A DNA stretch of 28,484 nt, taken from Streptomycetales bacterium (lineage in GTDB: Bacteria > Actinomycetota > Actinomycetes > Prado026). Positions 24,716-28,484 of this stretch are shown in pieces. The DNA lies in NCBI GenBank assembly GCA_025361995.1, contig JANYIP010000216.1, positions 1 through 28,484 of the forward strand, given 5' to 3'. The translations under genes were made by a program, and so were the position numbers. The notes beneath the pieces are model-generated. The model was given only the letters and a program-made list of their open reading frames with translations, had not been told where the DNA came from and did no database searches. Each line of letters opens with the position of its first letter. The first letter of the stretch is position 1.

Positions 24716-25645
24716 GTGCTCACCCGGTCTCATGCCTCCCCGGGAGGGGCGCCCGATGCCGGGCCGAGACAGGCCGGAAAGCGCCGATTCGCGCTCGTCC
24801 GTGCAGTTCGCCCGCGGCAGTGGCTGAAGAACAGTCTGGTCGCCGCAGCCCCGCTCGCGGCCGGCACCCTGTTCACCCCCCGGGTGGCCGGCCACACCGC
24901 TGTTGCCTTCCTGGCGTTCTGCCTGATCTCCGGTGCCGTCTACCTGGTCAACGACCTGCTGGATGCCGAGAACGACCGCCTGCATCCGGTCAAGCGGCTG
25001 CGGCCCATCGCGGCCGGCGAAGTGTCGGCCGGGACCGCTGTCGTCGCGGCCAGCGTGCTAGTCGCATGCTCGATCAGCCTGTCGCTGCTGGCCTCCTGGC
25101 ACCTCACGGTCGTGCTCCTGCTCTACGTCGCGTCATCCTTGGCGTACAGCTTGGGGGTCAAGCGCGAGCCGGTCTTCGATCTCGCTCTGGTGACCGGCGG
25201 CTTCTTGCTCCGGGCGATCGCAGGCGGGGCGGCGACGGGTGTGGCGCTCTCGGAGTGGTTCCTGCTGGTCGCCTCGTTCGGGTCCCTGTTCATGGTTGCC
25301 GGCAAGCGCTACGCCGACGTGCTCCACCGCGCAGCGACTCCCGAAGCGGGGTGGCAGGTCGTCGAGTACTCGGCGACGTACCTGCGGTTCGTCTGGAGCC
25401 TCGCGGCGACGGCCACGATCATCGGCTACGCGCTGTGGGCATTCCAGGTGGGAGCTCTGCGGCACGAGAGCGTGTGGGCCCAGCTGTCCCTGGCACCCTT
25501 CGTGATGGCGGTCCTGAGATACGCCGTGGACATCGACCGTGGCGCCGCCGGGGCGCCCGAGGACGTGGTGCTCGGGGACCGCTGGCTCTTCGTCCTGGGC
25601 CTGGCCTGGCTTGTCCTGTTCATGGCGGCTGCCGATGTGGGCTGA
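24716..25645 (+). CDS. ubiA: UbiA-family decaprenyl-phosphate phosphoribosyltransferase
   Basis: RPRQWLKN, YLVNDLLDAENDRLHPVKRLRPIAAG, GKRY, LRY...GAPEDVVLGD. Start uncertain (frame open from 24629). Confidence 0.88.
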   Translation: MLTRSHASPGGAPDAGPRQAGKRRFALVRAVRPRQWLKNSLVAAAPLAAGTLFTPRVAGHTAVAFLAFCLISGAVYLVNDLLDAENDRLHPVKRLRPIAAGEVSAGTAVVAASVLVACSISLSLLASWHLTVVLLLYVASSLAYSLGVKREPVFDLALVTGGFLLRAIAGGAATGVALSEWFLLVASFGSLFMVAGKRYADVLHRAATPEAGWQVVEYSATYLRFVWSLAATATIIGYALWAFQVGALRHESVWAQLSLAPFVMAVLRYAVDIDRGAAGAPEDVVLGDRWLFVLGLAWLVLFMAAADVG

Positions 25646-26993
25646 CGTCGAGACGTCTGAGCTCACCGGGTGGGGCAGGACCGCGCCCTCGGCGGCGTCG
25701 GTGGGTACGCCGAGCAGCACCGACCAGCTCCTCGACGCGGTCAGGTGCGCCCCGTCTCGTGGCGTCGTCGCCCGCGGGCTGGGACGGTCGTACGGTGACC
25801 CGGCTCAGAACGCCGGCGGCCTCGTGCTGGAGACGACCGGCCTCGACCGCATCACGGCCTTCGACCCCGCCGCGGCCACGGTGACCGCCCAGTCGGGAGT
25901 ATCCATCGGCCGACTGCTCAGCGTCCTGGCCGACCACGGCCTCTTCGTCCCGGTCACCCCGGGGACCCGGGCGGTGACCCTCGGCGGGGCGATCGCTGCC
26001 GATGTGCACGGCAAGAACCACCACCGGGACGGCAGCATCGGACGGCACCTCGAACGGATGACCATCCTGCTCGCCGACGGCAGTCGCCGGGTCGTCGGCC
26101 CTGGGCCTGACGCCGATCCTGAGCTCTTCTGGGCGACGCTGGGTGGCATGGGACTGACCGGCATCGTCCTGGACGCCACCGTGCGCGCCTTGCGGATCGC
26201 GATCCCGTGGATGTCGGTGGACACGCGGCGGGCGGGAAACCTCGACGAGCTGCTGGCAGCGCTCGACGACGCCGATCAGCGGCGGTACTCGGTGGCATGG
26301 GTCGACTGCCTGACAACCGGGCGGTCCGCGGGCCGTGGCGTCGTCACCTCCGGCGACCACGCAGCTGTCGAGGAAGCGCGGGAGTGGCGCCGCCGCAGCT
26401 CGCCGGACCCAGATCCTGCCGCGCGCCTGACCACCCCGGGCTGGGTGCCACCAGGGCTGCTCAACCGGTGGACCGTCGCCGCCTTCAACGAAGCGTGGTT
26501 CCGGCACGCGCCCCGTCGCCGGACAGGCGAGCGCCAGGCGCCCTCCTCGTTCTTCCACCCGCTCGACGGGGTGGCCGGCTGGAACGGGCTGTACGGGCGG
26601 GCAGGCTTGGTGCAGTACCAGTGCGTCGTCCCGGACGTCTCGACGCTTCGCGACGTGCTCACCGGTCTCCGCTCGGCACGTACACCCACTTTCCTGGCGG
26701 TGCTCAAGAAGTTCGGCCCCGGCAACCCCGGCCCGCTGTCGTTCCCGCGGCCAGGGTGGACCCTCGCGCTCGACATCCCCGCATCTGTCGACGGGCTGGC
26801 CGCACTGCTGGACCGCCTCGACACCCGGGTCGCCGAGGCCGGCGGCAGCGTCTACCTCGCGAAAGACTCGCGGATGCGGCCCGAGCTCGTCCCGACCTTC
26901 TACCCGCGGCTCGACGAGTGGCACGCGCTGCGTGACCGGGTCGACCCGCACCGGCTCTGGCAGTCGGACCTTTCCCGGAGGTTGTCGTTGTGA
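25635..26993 (+). CDS. dprE1: Decaprenylphosphoryl-beta-D-ribose 2-oxidase-like FAD oxidoreductase
   Basis: LTGWGRT, ARGLGRSYGDPAQN, PVTPGT, DVHGKNHH, GGMGLTG, YSVAWVD, VLKKFG, YLAKDSR; ATG 25635 overlaps the ubiA end. Confidence 0.9.
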   Translation: MWADVETSELTGWGRTAPSAASVGTPSSTDQLLDAVRCAPSRGVVARGLGRSYGDPAQNAGGLVLETTGLDRITAFDPAAATVTAQSGVSIGRLLSVLADHGLFVPVTPGTRAVTLGGAIAADVHGKNHHRDGSIGRHLERMTILLADGSRRVVGPGPDADPELFWATLGGMGLTGIVLDATVRALRIAIPWMSVDTRRAGNLDELLAALDDADQRRYSVAWVDCLTTGRSAGRGVVTSGDHAAVEEAREWRRRSSPDPDPAARLTTPGWVPPGLLNRWTVAAFNEAWFRHAPRRRTGERQAPSSFFHPLDGVAGWNGLYGRAGLVQYQCVVPDVSTLRDVLTGLRSARTPTFLAVLKKFGPGNPGPLSFPRPGWTLALDIPASVDGLAALLDRLDTRVAEAGGSVYLAKDSRMRPELVPTFYPRLDEWHALRDRVDPHRLWQSDLSRRLSL

Positions 26994-27751
26994 AGAACGC
27001 GTTGGGCTCGCCCGAGTCGGTCGCCCTCGTCGGGGGTACGTCGCAGATCGGTCTCGCCATCTGCCGGGAGCTGGCCCTCGGCGGCCGGCTGCGTCGTGTC
27101 GTGCTCGCCGGGCGGCCGGGGGAGCGGCTCGACGCCGCGGCTCGCGACGTCGGTGGCTGGGTGGTCGGCGACGTACGGACGGTGGACTTCGACGCAGCCT
27201 CCACCGCCGGGCACGACGATGCGGTCGCTGAGATCTTCGAGGCCGGCGACCAGGACGTGGTGGTGCTCGCCTTCGGCGTGCTCGGGGCACCGGACGGGAT
27301 GCTCGACGACCCCGACCAGGCTGTGCACGTGGCCGAGGTGAACTACGTCGCCAGCGTGTCGATGGGCCTGCGGGTCGCGGCCTCGCTTCGCCGCCAAGGC
27401 CACGGAACTCTCGTCGTGCTGTCGTCGGTGGCCGCGGAGCGGGGTCGCGCGAGCAACTTCGTGTACGGGTCCAGCAAGGCCGGCCTCGACACCTTTGCGC
27501 AGGGTCTGGGCGACCGACTCGTCGGCACTGGCGTACGCGTGATCGTCGTGCGCCCCGGCTTCGTCCGTACCCGGATGACCGACGGCCTCCCCGAAGTCCC
27601 GCTCGCCTGCGACGCCGAGGACGTGGGTCGTGCCGTAGCCCACGCCCTGCGGACCGGTCAGTCGACGGTCTGGGTCCCGGCCGTGCTGCGCGCGGTGATG
27701 TCGGGGCTGCGCCACCTGCCGCGCCCGGTGTTCCGGCGCCTGCCGGTCTGA
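26990..27751 (+). CDS. dprE2: Decaprenylphosphoryl-2-keto-erythropentose reductase-like SDR
   Basis: GGTSQIG, AFGVLG, VNY, LSSVAAERGRASNFVYGSSKAGLD, VRPGFVRTRMT; GTGA overlap with dprE1. Confidence 0.9.
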   Translation: MKNALGSPESVALVGGTSQIGLAICRELALGGRLRRVVLAGRPGERLDAAARDVGGWVVGDVRTVDFDAASTAGHDDAVAEIFEAGDQDVVVLAFGVLGAPDGMLDDPDQAVHVAEVNYVASVSMGLRVAASLRRQGHGTLVVLSSVAAERGRASNFVYGSSKAGLDTFAQGLGDRLVGTGVRVIVVRPGFVRTRMTDGLPEVPLACDAEDVGRAVAHALRTGQSTVWVPAVLRAVMSGLRHLPRPVFRRLPV

Positions 27752-27764
27752 TCCTGCCCAGCCG

Positions 27765-28484
27765 TCACGGTGCTGCCAGGATCTGGAACGAGTCCCGCTT
27801 GTACCGCGCCAAGAACCGGTTGCAGCCCTCGGCGATGCTGGGGTCGAGCTTCGCGCAGACCGGTGCCCCCGAGGGGGTGTGCGTGAAGTAGAAGCCGGCC
27901 ACCCACCAGTTGTTCATGTCGAGCACCATCGCCCGCACGACACCCGCGCTCACAAGCGTCGCGGCCATCGTCTGGGCGGAGAGCCCGGGCGAGCCGATGT
28001 ACACCAGGCTCCCGTCGGCTCGCTGCCCGAGGGCGGAGCGCCAGGCGAAGCTCTCGCCGTGCGTCGTCGCGCCCCACTGGAAGTTGTCGCCCGGCGCGAC
28101 CATGGACTTGCCGCCGTCGACGATGAGGTCGAGGTTCTGCAGCACCACGGACACCGCAGGGGTCATGGTCACGTCCCGGCCCCAGGCGCCGATCTGCAGG
28201 TGGCCGTCCTTCGTTATCACGGCTGAGGCCCGGGACTTCACCAACGGCTTGACCATGTCGCCCTGGTAGAAGTAGCCACCGCGCGAGTCAGCTGTCCGGA
28301 AACCGCCGTTGAAGTTGGCCAGCACGCTCGGCCACAGGGACGTCGGCAGCGCACCCTGCGACGGCGCCGGCCCGCCGGGCTCGATGTAGCCGGGGACCAG
28401 CAACGACTTGGTCAGGTCGGGGTCGATCCACATCAGGGAGGCAAGCACGCTGGTGTGGACCGAGTCGGGCCGCACGCGTGTCAC
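27765..28484 (-). CDS. Phosphodiester glycosidase (NAGPA/DUF2233-like) family protein, 5' end outside the window
   Basis: ANFNGGF, WRSALG, AMVLDMN pattern; frame runs off the right edge. Confidence 0.65.
   Translation of the reverse strand: MTRVRPDSVHTSVLASLMWIDPDLTKSLLVPGYIEPGGPAPSQGALPTSLWPSVLANFNGGFRTADSRGGYFYQGDMVKPLVKSRASAVITKDGHLQIGAWGRDVTMTPAVSVVLQNLDLIVDGGKSMVAPGDNFQWGATTHGESFAWRSALGQRADGSLVYIGSPGLSAQTMAATLVSAGVVRAMVLDMNNWWVAGFYFTHTPSGAPVCAKLDPSIAEGCNRFLARYKRDSFQILAAP

Noticed and set aside
25620-27290. 556-aa minus-strand ORF
   Set aside because: Antisense shadow of dprE1/dprE2.

Overview
High-GC (about 70% by eye) actinobacterial chromosomal segment. Left part: housekeeping cluster dusB - DsbA/FrnE-like - dgt - GNAT - dnaG - hypothetical - tRNA-Asn(GTT). 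dnaG, as sequenced, has one in-frame TAG inside its zinc finger. After the tRNA: a roughly 60% GC spacer with a perfect actinobacterial LexA box and dense hairpins, then a Phd/YefM-RelE toxin-antitoxin pair. Next is a long minus-strand block: lipoprotein, secreted beta-propeller/2xPKD protein, ZIP metal transporter with an IdeR/DtxR box, a compact form I CO dehydrogenase operon (coxM-S-L-D-E, AYACSFR loop) and a 1041-aa SARP/AAA/TPR regulator. The regulator is divergent from a cupin operon whose promoter has AfsR-box geometry. Right part: SAM methyltransferase, a probable 38-aa leaderless membrane peptide, a ubiA-dprE1-dprE2 operon (polyprenyl-phospho-arabinose synthesis) and a partial phosphodiester-glycosidase-like gene. 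No CRISPR array, IS element, integrase or rRNA is visible. All family calls come from motif recognition by eye; no database searches were run.
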